Below, one piece after another: positions 1-7,196 of a stretch of 64,000 nt of DNA. The first letter of the stretch is position 1; each line of letters starts with the position of its first letter. Position numbers and translations under genes: made by a program. The DNA lies in IMG/VR virus record IMGVR_UViG_3300025127_007327, positions 1-64,000 of that record; one strand, written 5' to 3'. The stretch is from a virus. The notes under the pieces were generated by a model that saw only the letters and a program-made list of their open reading frames with translations, was not told the DNA's origin and ran no database searches.

Positions 1-2
1 CA

Positions 3-560
3 TTTGAAGCAATATTGATTGAATACTTTAGAAGAGAAGGTCAGATGGAAGGTGGTGCCTATGTTAATTTAGCAATGCAAATTGAAGACAGAGATTTGAC
101 ATCATATGAGTGGGATCTAGAAACTGACGGAGAGTACAGTGACTCTTATGAATCCACTGCTAGCAATACTTTCTACTATGATCCTGAAGAATTCGGTGTT
201 AGTCTCGATGTATTAAAGCAAATCACAGACTCTCGCGACTTTAGAATTGAGTTGAGAAGACAATTATTGGAAGAACCAAGAAAAGCCGAAAATACCCAAT
301 ATTATCTGCAAATGAATGCAACAACTGTGGAACAGGGTGGGGAGATTAAATTTACCACTGTATTCTCGATAAATGTTGACGAGCCTGATATTATGGCTGG
401 ACTTTTTAGAGAGCTTGTAGAGGGCGATATGGACGATGAAGATAACCTTAATGTGGTATACAGGAGAGTAATGGCTCAAGCAGTCAAAGCACGACAGCCT
501 GCATCGATGCAAACAAATGAATCGTTAGTTAGTAATTGGAAGGACTATTTAAGATTATGA
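3..560 (+). CDS. C-terminal part of an acidic phage protein (5'-truncated by the window edge), possible internal virion protein
   Basis: Frame is open from the window start; ends NESLVSNWKDYLRL, resembling the ENWRxYL leader of downstream genes. Confidence 0.7.
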   Translation, partial: FEAILIEYFRREGQMEGGAYVNLAMQIEDRDLTSYEWDLETDGEYSDSYESTASNTFYYDPEEFGVSLDVLKQITDSRDFRIELRRQLLEEPRKAENTQYYLQMNATTVEQGGEIKFTTVFSINVDEPDIMAGLFRELVEGDMDDEDNLNVVYRRVMAQAVKARQPASMQTNESLVSNWKDYLRL

Positions 561-1081
561 GTGTTACTGAAGAAAACTTAAAACAAATTGTCATGGAAGA
601 ATTAGAACAAGTTCTTCTTGAAAAATGTTGGCCGGGCTATGAAAAGAAAGGCATGAAAAAGATGTTTGGTAAAATGTATCCAAACTGTGTCAAAAAGAAG
701 AAAGGAAAGAAACGTAAAAAAAAGCGTAAGAATGAGAATGCTGAGCTTTATGAAGCAGATCCTAAGAAGGGTACTGGAAAGAAACCAAAAGGCTCTGGAA
801 GGCGCTTATACACGGATGAAAACCCAAGTGATACAGTCTCTGTTAAGTTTTCAACCGTTCAAGACATCAAAGACACACTTTCAAAAGACTCTTTCAAGTC
901 TAAATCCCATAAACGTCAATCACAAATTATTAATTTGATACACCAACGAGCAAGGGCAGCGTATAATAATGCTAAAGACCCAAAAGTAAAAGCACGTTTA
1001 AAAAAATCATATGATTACGCTAAAAAGCGTAAAGAAGCATCAAAGAAAAAGACTCAAAGAATGAATAAGGCGAAAAAATGA
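557..1081 (+). CDS. Basic hypothetical protein with LKQIVMEEL leader, CWPGY...PNCVK motif and Lys-rich body; probable virion internal protein
   Basis: ATG 557 overlaps the upstream TGA; ACTATTTA motif at 544; LLE and LYE sites separate short modules. Confidence 0.7.
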   Translation: MSVTEENLKQIVMEELEQVLLEKCWPGYEKKGMKKMFGKMYPNCVKKKKGKKRKKKRKNENAELYEADPKKGTGKKPKGSGRRLYTDENPSDTVSVKFSTVQDIKDTLSKDSFKSKSHKRQSQIINLIHQRARAAYNNAKDPKVKARLKKSYDYAKKRKEASKKKTQRMNKAKK

Positions 1082-1320
1082 GCAAATATATGAAAGATCC
1101 AGAGTATCTTTTCACTATTTTAGCTGCTTTAGTCAAAAAAAATGATGGTATTATTAGGCTTACTGAAGACGAAATAGAAGCAGTTACTAAGAAAGATTTA
1201 ATCGGTATGTATTATGAACCTGAAAATAAAGCTGTTGTTTTCAAAGAAGTTGATCAGAAAGATATTTTAAGGGCAAAAACAATTGTCAATGAAAACCCTA
1301 ACGAACAATACGACAACTAA
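1078..1320 (+). CDS. Hypothetical protein (80 aa)
   Basis: ATGA overlap with upstream gene. Confidence 0.7.
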   Translation: MSKYMKDPEYLFTILAALVKKNDGIIRLTEDEIEAVTKKDLIGMYYEPENKAVVFKEVDQKDILRAKTIVNENPNEQYDN

Positions 1321-1885
1321 TATTCTATCAATTGACATAGATTATGCTTATAGTCCAACAATTTCAGTGTATGACGACTATATTGAAGGTGTTAGAATAT
1401 CTGAAGAAGAGCAGGAGTTGATTTTACAGGAACATAATGTGCCTAAACCAACTTGTAATCCTGAAAAGATAAAAGTTCTCGAATCTGTAATTAAAAACAA
1501 AATTAATTTAAACGCACCAATTATATTGATTGAGAATCATGATCAAATATTAGATTTTTTACCAAACAATAAACAATTAGCAATATATAATTTTGACCAT
1601 CATCATGATGTATATTATCCCGGCTGGCATTCTCTCGATACTTTAGACGAGGGAAATTGGGTTTATTTTTTGAAAGATAAAAACGTTTCAGAATATATAT
1701 GGATTAGAAACGAAGACTCTGAGAATATGGACTTTGATTTGCCAGAGCTTGACTTTTTAATAGAAGAACGATATAATATAGAAAATATGCCTATGTTTGA
1801 TTTAGTCTTCTTTTGTATTTCATCAAGATGGACAGGCTCCACAGGCAAACAAAATATTATGAGGTTGATTGATTTAATATCATGA
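1289..1885 (+). CDS. Arginase/deacetylase-fold metallohydrolase (UPF0489-like)
   Basis: LSIDIDY, ENHD, NFDHHHD and EGNW motifs. Confidence 0.55.
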   Translation: MKTLTNNTTTNILSIDIDYAYSPTISVYDDYIEGVRISEEEQELILQEHNVPKPTCNPEKIKVLESVIKNKINLNAPIILIENHDQILDFLPNNKQLAIYNFDHHHDVYYPGWHSLDTLDEGNWVYFLKDKNVSEYIWIRNEDSENMDFDLPELDFLIEERYNIENMPMFDLVFFCISSRWTGSTGKQNIMRLIDLIS

Positions 1886-2838
1886 ATGTTAGAAATTTAA
1901 TCGAAGAAAACTATTTGCACTTTAATGCTGGTGAATTGAGAGATGCCTTACGTGCTTTGGAAATCCATATCGAAAAAGGTAACAAGATATTTATCACGTT
2001 GTCGGGAGCTATGAGCACAGCCAGAATCGGCCGTTTATTGGCACCAGCCATTCAAAAAGGCTTGATTGGCGGAATCTGCTGCACCGGAGCAAACCTTGAA
2101 GAAGATGTTTTTAATGCTATTGAGGGTCATCGATATAAACAAGTTGATTGGCGTAGTTTGTCTCCGAGCGATGAAGAAAAATTAGTTAAAGATGGCTGGA
2201 ACCGCGTAACTGACACTTGTATACCTGAAAATGTTATGCAACATGTGTGGGGATTATTACTAGAATCTTGGAATGAACAAAGTGGTAAAACTCCTTATTT
2301 TCATTTGTGTTGTGTTTTAGATAAACTGATTGAAGATGGCGTTATAGTCCCACGATTAAATGAGTCTTGGGTTTGGGCAGCGCATAACGCTGGTATACCC
2401 GTATTTGTTCCCGGCTGGAGTGACAGCACAACAGGTAACATGTTTACTGCCAGTGTAAAGAAGGGTGAGATCAAAACAGGTTATAACGCTGTTGTAAGTG
2501 ATACTGAACAATTTGCGATATTAGCAAACTGGTACGAATCACAAATTACTGAATCCGGTGAAAGCCCAGCATTTCTTCAAATTGGTGGGGGTATTGCTGG
2601 AGATTGGCCGATATGTGTTGTTCCATCTTTAAGGCAAGATGAAAACAAAGATGTTCCGCATTGGGGCTACTTTTGTCAGGTTTGTGATGCACCAGCGTCG
2701 TATGGTGGGTATTCAGGGGCGCCCCCAAATGAAAAGATTACATGGGATAAAGTTTCAAGTCAAACACCTAGATTTGCTATACAATCTGATGCAAGTATTG
2801 TATTACCTTTGATATTGGACTATTTATTAACGAAATGA
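1882..2838 (+). CDS. Deoxyhypusine synthase-like protein (bacterial DHS / homospermidine synthase type)
   Basis: TLSGAMSTA, CTGANLEEDVFN, NRVTDTCIPE, QIGGGIAGD, YGGYSGAPPNEKITWDK (catalytic Lys position) and SDASIV motifs. Confidence 0.9.
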   Translation: MNVRNLIEENYLHFNAGELRDALRALEIHIEKGNKIFITLSGAMSTARIGRLLAPAIQKGLIGGICCTGANLEEDVFNAIEGHRYKQVDWRSLSPSDEEKLVKDGWNRVTDTCIPENVMQHVWGLLLESWNEQSGKTPYFHLCCVLDKLIEDGVIVPRLNESWVWAAHNAGIPVFVPGWSDSTTGNMFTASVKKGEIKTGYNAVVSDTEQFAILANWYESQITESGESPAFLQIGGGIAGDWPICVVPSLRQDENKDVPHWGYFCQVCDAPASYGGYSGAPPNEKITWDKVSSQTPRFAIQSDASIVLPLILDYLLTK

Positions 2839-2860
2839 AACTCCTACTTGAAAATTGGCG
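2835..2860 (+). repeat. 26-nt leader repeat copy 1 (ATGAAACTCCTACTTGAAAATTGGCG)
   Basis: Identical at 2835, 3259, 3630 and 3977. Confidence 0.97.
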
Positions 2861-3275
2861 AGAGTATGTGAACGAAGTGGTGGATGATGTATTCACGGGA
2901 AACTGTGGTATGTTTGGTATTGCCTTGGCTGAAGAAGCCCAAAGAAGGGGTATTGACGCAGCATTAGTATTTGCACATAACGCTGATACAGATGAAGAAA
3001 TGATCTATGGAGACTATAAAATTTACCATGTAGCCTTAAAGATCGGAGACAAGTATTATGATGGCAGAGGGGAAATCCGATTAAATGAATTAGTATCATT
3101 TATGTTCGAGGTGCCGGAAGATATGAATGTTGATGCTTTTAATCTTGCAAACCTAGACCAGATGAAAAGTGCTATTCGTCGCAACACGGCTTGGAGTGCG
3201 ACCTGCAAGGATTTCAAAGAAAAGGCAAAACAATTTTTAGATGAAATGGGGTATACAAATGAAACTCCTACTTGA
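2835..3275 (+). CDS. MKLLLENWR-leader protein 1; putative Cys-His-Asp (papain/transglutaminase-like) domain
   Basis: GNCGMFGIAL ... YHVALKIGDKYYDGRG spacing of Cys, His and Asp. Confidence 0.6.
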   Translation: MKLLLENWREYVNEVVDDVFTGNCGMFGIALAEEAQRRGIDAALVFAHNADTDEEMIYGDYKIYHVALKIGDKYYDGRGEIRLNELVSFMFEVPEDMNVDAFNLANLDQMKSAIRRNTAWSATCKDFKEKAKQFLDEMGYTNETPT

Positions 3276-3284
3276 AAATTGGCG
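3259..3284 (+). repeat. 26-nt leader repeat copy 2
   Basis: Identical 26-mer; shares a further AGAGTAT with copy 1. Confidence 0.97.
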
Positions 3285-3633
3285 AGAGTATTTAACAGAA
3301 AATATGAATATCAAGTCGAGCGATGATATAGAATTCTTAGTTCGTTCTATTCATATGGAAGAGGATGATTTTGTAGAGGGGGATCTGATAGATAGGATAA
3401 GGCAATATCCTTATTATATTCTTAAAGATATTGAACTTGATAAAATAGAGACGGCGTGGACAGATCTAGGCAAAGTTGATGATTATGCCGAAATGTATGA
3501 TCAAAGAGGCACAGAACCGCCTCCTGTCGTTTTAGATCACACACTATATACGATAGACGGTGCACACAGAGTAGAGGCAGCAAGAGAAGCGGGCAAAGAA
3601 AAAATAAAAGCTTATGTGGGGACATTCGGATGA
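3259..3633 (+). CDS. MKLLLENWR-leader protein 2; ParB/sulfiredoxin-like domain
   Basis: PPPVVL...IDGAHRVEAA...IKAYV; true start taken at the repeat ATG 3259. Confidence 0.75.
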   Translation: MKLLLENWREYLTENMNIKSSDDIEFLVRSIHMEEDDFVEGDLIDRIRQYPYYILKDIELDKIETAWTDLGKVDDYAEMYDQRGTEPPPVVLDHTLYTIDGAHRVEAAREAGKEKIKAYVGTFG

Positions 3634-3655
3634 AACTCCTACTTGAAAATTGGCG
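3630..3655 (+). repeat. 26-nt leader repeat copy 3
   Basis: Identical 26-mer, preceded by TTCGG as in copy 4. Confidence 0.97.
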
Positions 3656-3980
3656 CGATACATCGTGGGAAACTGATAATGATAAGGTTACAATTGGGGA
3701 TGTGGTTGATTATTTGGGAGATGAGACTGTTAATATTAATGTTTTAGAACTCTCGCAACAATTACCGTCTTTGCCAACACAAGGAGCAGAGAGAGTAGCT
3801 GCCGCAAGTTTAGAGTATCCAATTAACGTTGTGAAGAGCGGTGGACAATATCGATATGTTCTGGATGGTAATCATCGTCTTCAAAAAGCAATCGATAAAG
3901 AGGTCGAGAGTATAAAAGCAAAAATCTTGGATCTAGATAATACAGAAACTCCAGAAGTGTTTAAGAGAACGTTCGGATGA
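3630..3980 (+). CDS. MKLLLENWR-leader protein 3; ParB/sulfiredoxin-like domain
   Basis: YPINVV...VLDGNHRLQKA...IKAKIL. Confidence 0.75.
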   Translation: MKLLLENWRDTSWETDNDKVTIGDVVDYLGDETVNINVLELSQQLPSLPTQGAERVAAASLEYPINVVKSGGQYRYVLDGNHRLQKAIDKEVESIKAKILDLDNTETPEVFKRTFG

Positions 3981-4002
3981 AACTCCTACTTGAAAATTGG
4001 CG
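3977..4002 (+). repeat. 26-nt leader repeat copy 4
   Basis: Identical 26-mer. Confidence 0.97.
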
Positions 4003-4582
4003 AAAGTATTTAAATGAAAATATTGAAACAGCAACTCGTTTATCTATTTTTGATTTTGATGAAACAATAGCATTTTCTGAAGGATATATTATTGTTATAG
4101 ATAAACAAACTGGTAAACAATTTAATATTTCATCTCAAGAAGAATATGACAAACTTAAAAATGATGGTGGTTACGAGTTTGATTTCTCTCCACTTGATCA
4201 AGTAAACAATGCAGTTGAGAATCCAAATATTACTTCTATTTTACGAGACAGACTAGCTGACTCAAATACGCAAGTCATGATTTTAACTGCTAGAGCACCG
4301 GTGGCAATCGACGATATTCACAGAGTATTACAAACTTTTGATGATCCAATTAAAACAAATAATATTATTATGATTGGCAACGAAGGTGGAAATAAAGGTG
4401 AATATGTTAGGGATGTCATACTTTCAAAATATGATAATATTAGAGAAATAGAATTTTATGATGATTCTGATAATAATATTGTTGACATGAAAGCAGTAAA
4501 AAACGAAACATCTGAAAATGGTAGAGTGGAAAACTTTGATATTTATAAAGTAGTAGAAGGTATTCCAGAAAAAGTGCCCTGA
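3977..4582 (+). CDS. MKLLLENWR-leader protein 4; HAD-superfamily phosphatase (PNK/RNA-repair-like HAD type)
   Basis: IFDFDETI (motif I), ILTAR (II), NKG (III), FYDDS (IV). Confidence 0.8.
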   Translation: MKLLLENWRKYLNENIETATRLSIFDFDETIAFSEGYIIVIDKQTGKQFNISSQEEYDKLKNDGGYEFDFSPLDQVNNAVENPNITSILRDRLADSNTQVMILTARAPVAIDDIHRVLQTFDDPIKTNNIIMIGNEGGNKGEYVRDVILSKYDNIREIEFYDDSDNNIVDMKAVKNETSENGRVENFDIYKVVEGIPEKVP

Positions 4583-4612
4583 GACAACTAGTTATATCGT
4601 GGAGGGTTCACG

Positions 4613-4930
4613 ATGTCCAGTAACGGTTGGGAAAATTATTCTAAACTTGTTTTACAACAACTAGAAACTTTGTCTGGTGGTATTGATGCATTGCGCTTGG
4701 AATTACAAGACGTTAAATATCAACTAACTGAACTTAAAGCAAGAGAAGACAAAGTTCAAGAATTAAAAGCTTGGAAGGATAAGATGGACGATATAGCATC
4801 ACCTCCACAGCTAAAAGTCGCATTACAAGAAATAGAAGAACTTAAATTATATAAGACAAAAGCAATGACTGCTTTCATGGTTGTTCAATTCGTTATGGCG
4901 ACTGCAATCGCTTTGAGTAGTTACTTCTAA
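4613..4930 (+). CDS. Coiled-coil protein with C-terminal transmembrane helix
   Basis: GGAGG RBS; heptad pattern; hydrophobic AMTAFMVVQFVMATAIAL. Confidence 0.75.
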   Translation: MSSNGWENYSKLVLQQLETLSGGIDALRLELQDVKYQLTELKAREDKVQELKAWKDKMDDIASPPQLKVALQEIEELKLYKTKAMTAFMVVQFVMATAIALSSYF

Positions 4931-4931
4931 G

Positions 4932-5243
4932 ATGGCAAAGGCTAAAAAAATAACTAAAGAAGCCTTACAAATTTTAAAATTAGCTGCGAAACAATTTAAT
5001 GGTTCAATACCGTATGAAGATGATTTAGAAGATATAGAACTCATACCAGAGGTCGGAATAAGCGGAACAGGTAATTTATTTTGTTATAGCCCTGATTCTA
5101 AATCATTTATAAGTCTTAAAAGAGGACAAAAAGCGGTTATATTAGATGATTATGACGGAGACGATGAAGTTTTAATTTATACTTATGATGGCTTTGTTGT
5201 TATAATACACGTAGATAATCTGATTTTTACTGGCTTTGATTGA
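4932..5243 (+). CDS. Hypothetical protein (103 aa)
   Basis: Abuts neighbours in the operon. Confidence 0.7.
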   Translation: MAKAKKITKEALQILKLAAKQFNGSIPYEDDLEDIELIPEVGISGTGNLFCYSPDSKSFISLKRGQKAVILDDYDGDDEVLIYTYDGFVVIIHVDNLIFTGFD

Positions 5244-5374
5244 TGTTATTTGAAATTAATAAATTCTGGAAAACAGCATTTTCAATTTTATTCTTTTTCA
5301 CACTCTATCATGTTATTGGATTTCAGCCAACAGTTATTTTATTATTGATTCTTTTGTTAAATTTTACTAATTAA
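5243..5374 (+). CDS. Small two-TM membrane protein (43 aa), absent from the ORF track
   Basis: TGATG overlap; MLFEINKFWKTAFSILFFFTLYHVIGFQPTVILLLILLLNFTN fills the gap. Confidence 0.6.
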   Translation: MLFEINKFWKTAFSILFFFTLYHVIGFQPTVILLLILLLNFTN

Positions 5375-5384
5375 ACAACAGGGC

Positions 5385-5591
5385 ATGATAAAAAAAATTA
5401 AAAAATTTTACACCTATGATTATGATGGTGTGTCAAAACCCATAAGTGCAAATTATTTAGTTAATTGTATAATTGAAGGCGAAGTTAAATCAGTTGGTAT
5501 TTTTGAGCACTCTGAAGAGGCGGAAGAGCATTTAGCTAAATATTTAGGTAAAGGCTTGTGTGCTTGGATTGTCAACAATAATGAACGTTAA
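5385..5591 (+). CDS. Hypothetical protein (68 aa)
   Basis: ORF preceded by ACTAATTA. Confidence 0.6.
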   Translation: MIKKIKKFYTYDYDGVSKPISANYLVNCIIEGEVKSVGIFEHSEEAEEHLAKYLGKGLCAWIVNNNER

Positions 5592-5838
5592 AAGTGAGTT
5601 TGGTAGTTTAGTTTCAGAAAAATTTAATGTTGGTGATATTGTTCAATGGACCACTTGGGATGAAGAAACTAGCGAATGGAACTTAAATTATGGTATTTTA
5701 CTAAAAGTTGAAAATGTGATAAAATCAAACCGTATGGTTTCTATATCGACTGTTAAGCCTTTAAATGAACAATATGAAGAAAAGGAATTGTTTACTATTA
5801 GTTTAAAACTAGTAAAGAGTAGCAGCTTGAATAGTTAA
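5581..5838 (+). CDS. Small SH3/KOW-like phage protein
   Basis: KFNVGDIVQW...YGILLKV pattern. Confidence 0.6.
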   Translation: MNVKSEFGSLVSEKFNVGDIVQWTTWDEETSEWNLNYGILLKVENVIKSNRMVSISTVKPLNEQYEEKELFTISLKLVKSSSLNS

Positions 5839-5852
5839 TTTGAACGTTAATA

Positions 5853-5860
5853 ACTATTTA
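5853..5860 (+). promoter_or_regulatory. Putative late promoter ACTANTTA (representative copy)
   Basis: Also at 544, 2819, 4587, 5366, 6253, 9109, 16757, 49867 and 63501, each 5-35 nt before a start codon. Confidence 0.6.
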
Positions 5861-5874
5861 TATTGAGTTTTTCT

Positions 5875-6849
5875 ATGTTTAAAATTATTTCACCAATGGT
5901 AAAACAATTTTTACCTTTCGCGCAAAAAAGAATGGGTTTCAAAAATCCACCGAAACTTTTTTTGCGAAGTGATGATAACAACGCAGAAAAACCACTGGGC
6001 AAAACAGCGTATTATGACCCAGATAATAGAAGTATTACAGTGTATGTCACCGGTCGTCATCCTAAAGATGTCATGCGTTCAATATCTCATGAGTTAGTAC
6101 ATCACTCTCAAAATTGTAGAGGCGAATTTGATAAAGTTGGTCCTATGGGTGATGGGTATGCTCAAAATGATGAGCACTTAAGAGAAATGGAACGTGAAGC
6201 ATATGAAGTTGGAAATATGTGCTTCAGAGATTGGGAAGACAGTGTAAAAAATACTACTTATTTTGAACATCTACAAAAAGGAGAAAAAAAGATGTCTACT
6301 AAAGATTGGAAAAACAAAGAAGTAACTCAGCTTCTCGCAGAAGCTTGGGGTTTTAAATTTAACTCACTTGATGAGTTTAATGAATTCAGTGGTGAGGGTG
6401 AACTTCAAGCTGAAGGTGAAGAAGAAGCAGTTGAAGAATTAGCAATGGCTAGTCGTTCTGAAAGACCTCGCAAACCAAAACTGCAAAGAGATAGGCGCCC
6501 AGATTCTGATAGAGAAGAGGAAGATAAGGTTGATGAAAGTGAAGAACTTGATGAAGGCACCGAAGAGGAGCTTGACGAGCAGTCAAAGAGTGACTTGCCC
6601 GATCGTGGCGCTGGACGTGCTGCTGGCGGCCGTCGGTTAGACGAAGAAGAGGAAGATCTTGATGAAGCTGCAAAACCTGATTATATTGATTTAGATAAAG
6701 ATGGCGACAAAGAAGAATCTATGAAGAAAGCTGCTGCTGATGCTAAGAAGAAAAAGCATGGTAAAGATGACGATGATAAGAAAAATGAGTCCGTTGATCC
6801 TTTACAAGAAGCAATTGCTAACTTACTTCGTAAGCATCTTAGAGGTTAA
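5875..6849 (+). CDS. HExxH zinc-metallopeptidase-like domain fused to an acidic prohead-core/scaffold-like region
   Basis: SISHELVHHSQ ... EREAY; C-terminal half with repeated LDE sites and KPDYIDLDKDGDKEESMKKAA. Confidence 0.7.
   Translation: MFKIISPMVKQFLPFAQKRMGFKNPPKLFLRSDDNNAEKPLGKTAYYDPDNRSITVYVTGRHPKDVMRSISHELVHHSQNCRGEFDKVGPMGDGYAQNDEHLREMEREAYEVGNMCFRDWEDSVKNTTYFEHLQKGEKKMSTKDWKNKEVTQLLAEAWGFKFNSLDEFNEFSGEGELQAEGEEEAVEELAMASRSERPRKPKLQRDRRPDSDREEEDKVDESEELDEGTEEELDEQSKSDLPDRGAGRAAGGRRLDEEEEDLDEAAKPDYIDLDKDGDKEESMKKAAADAKKKKHGKDDDDKKNESVDPLQEAIANLLRKHLRG
6292..6849 (+). CDS. Nested in-frame gene (MSTKDWKNKEV...), scaffold-like
   Basis: Internal ACTACTTA (6253-6260), AAGGAG RBS (6278-6283) and in-frame ATG 6292. 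Confidence 0.6.
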   Translation: MSTKDWKNKEVTQLLAEAWGFKFNSLDEFNEFSGEGELQAEGEEEAVEELAMASRSERPRKPKLQRDRRPDSDREEEDKVDESEELDEGTEEELDEQSKSDLPDRGAGRAAGGRRLDEEEEDLDEAAKPDYIDLDKDGDKEESMKKAAADAKKKKHGKDDDDKKNESVDPLQEAIANLLRKHLRG

Positions 6850-6944
6850 GAACATGTCCGGTAAGTATAAAAGTTGCTCTTAAATTGAGCAGGAATAAGT
6901 TTATACAAAAACTATTATTATTACATTCAAAAGAGGAACAAACA

Positions 6945-7196
6945 ATGTCATTAGACAAAGCGTGGAAAGATTTTTTAAATGAGAGTGTTGATGAAAAGAC
7001 TATCTTTACCTATATTCAAGGTCTCCAAGAAATTATTTCCAATCTTAAACCAAGAACACTAACTGAAAAACGAAGGTTACAGTTAGCGAGACAGCACTTA
7101 CGTGAAGTTAAAAGATTTGCACGTAAATTGAATAATGACATTGGTGTTCTTCAAGAAAAACTTAATATACTGGAAGAGTCAAAAGGAGATGAATAA
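6945..7196 (+). CDS. Coiled-coil protein with AWKDFLNE leader-like N-terminus
   Basis: GAGG RBS before ATG 6945. Confidence 0.7.
   Translation: MSLDKAWKDFLNESVDEKTIFTYIQGLQEIISNLKPRTLTEKRRLQLARQHLREVKRFARKLNNDIGVLQEKLNILEESKGDE

Noticed and set aside
2835-4002. CRISPR interpretation of the four 26-nt direct repeats
   Set aside because: Intervening segments are 320-400 nt of coding sequence, the repeat is non-palindromic and forms the start of each ORF, and no cas operon is present
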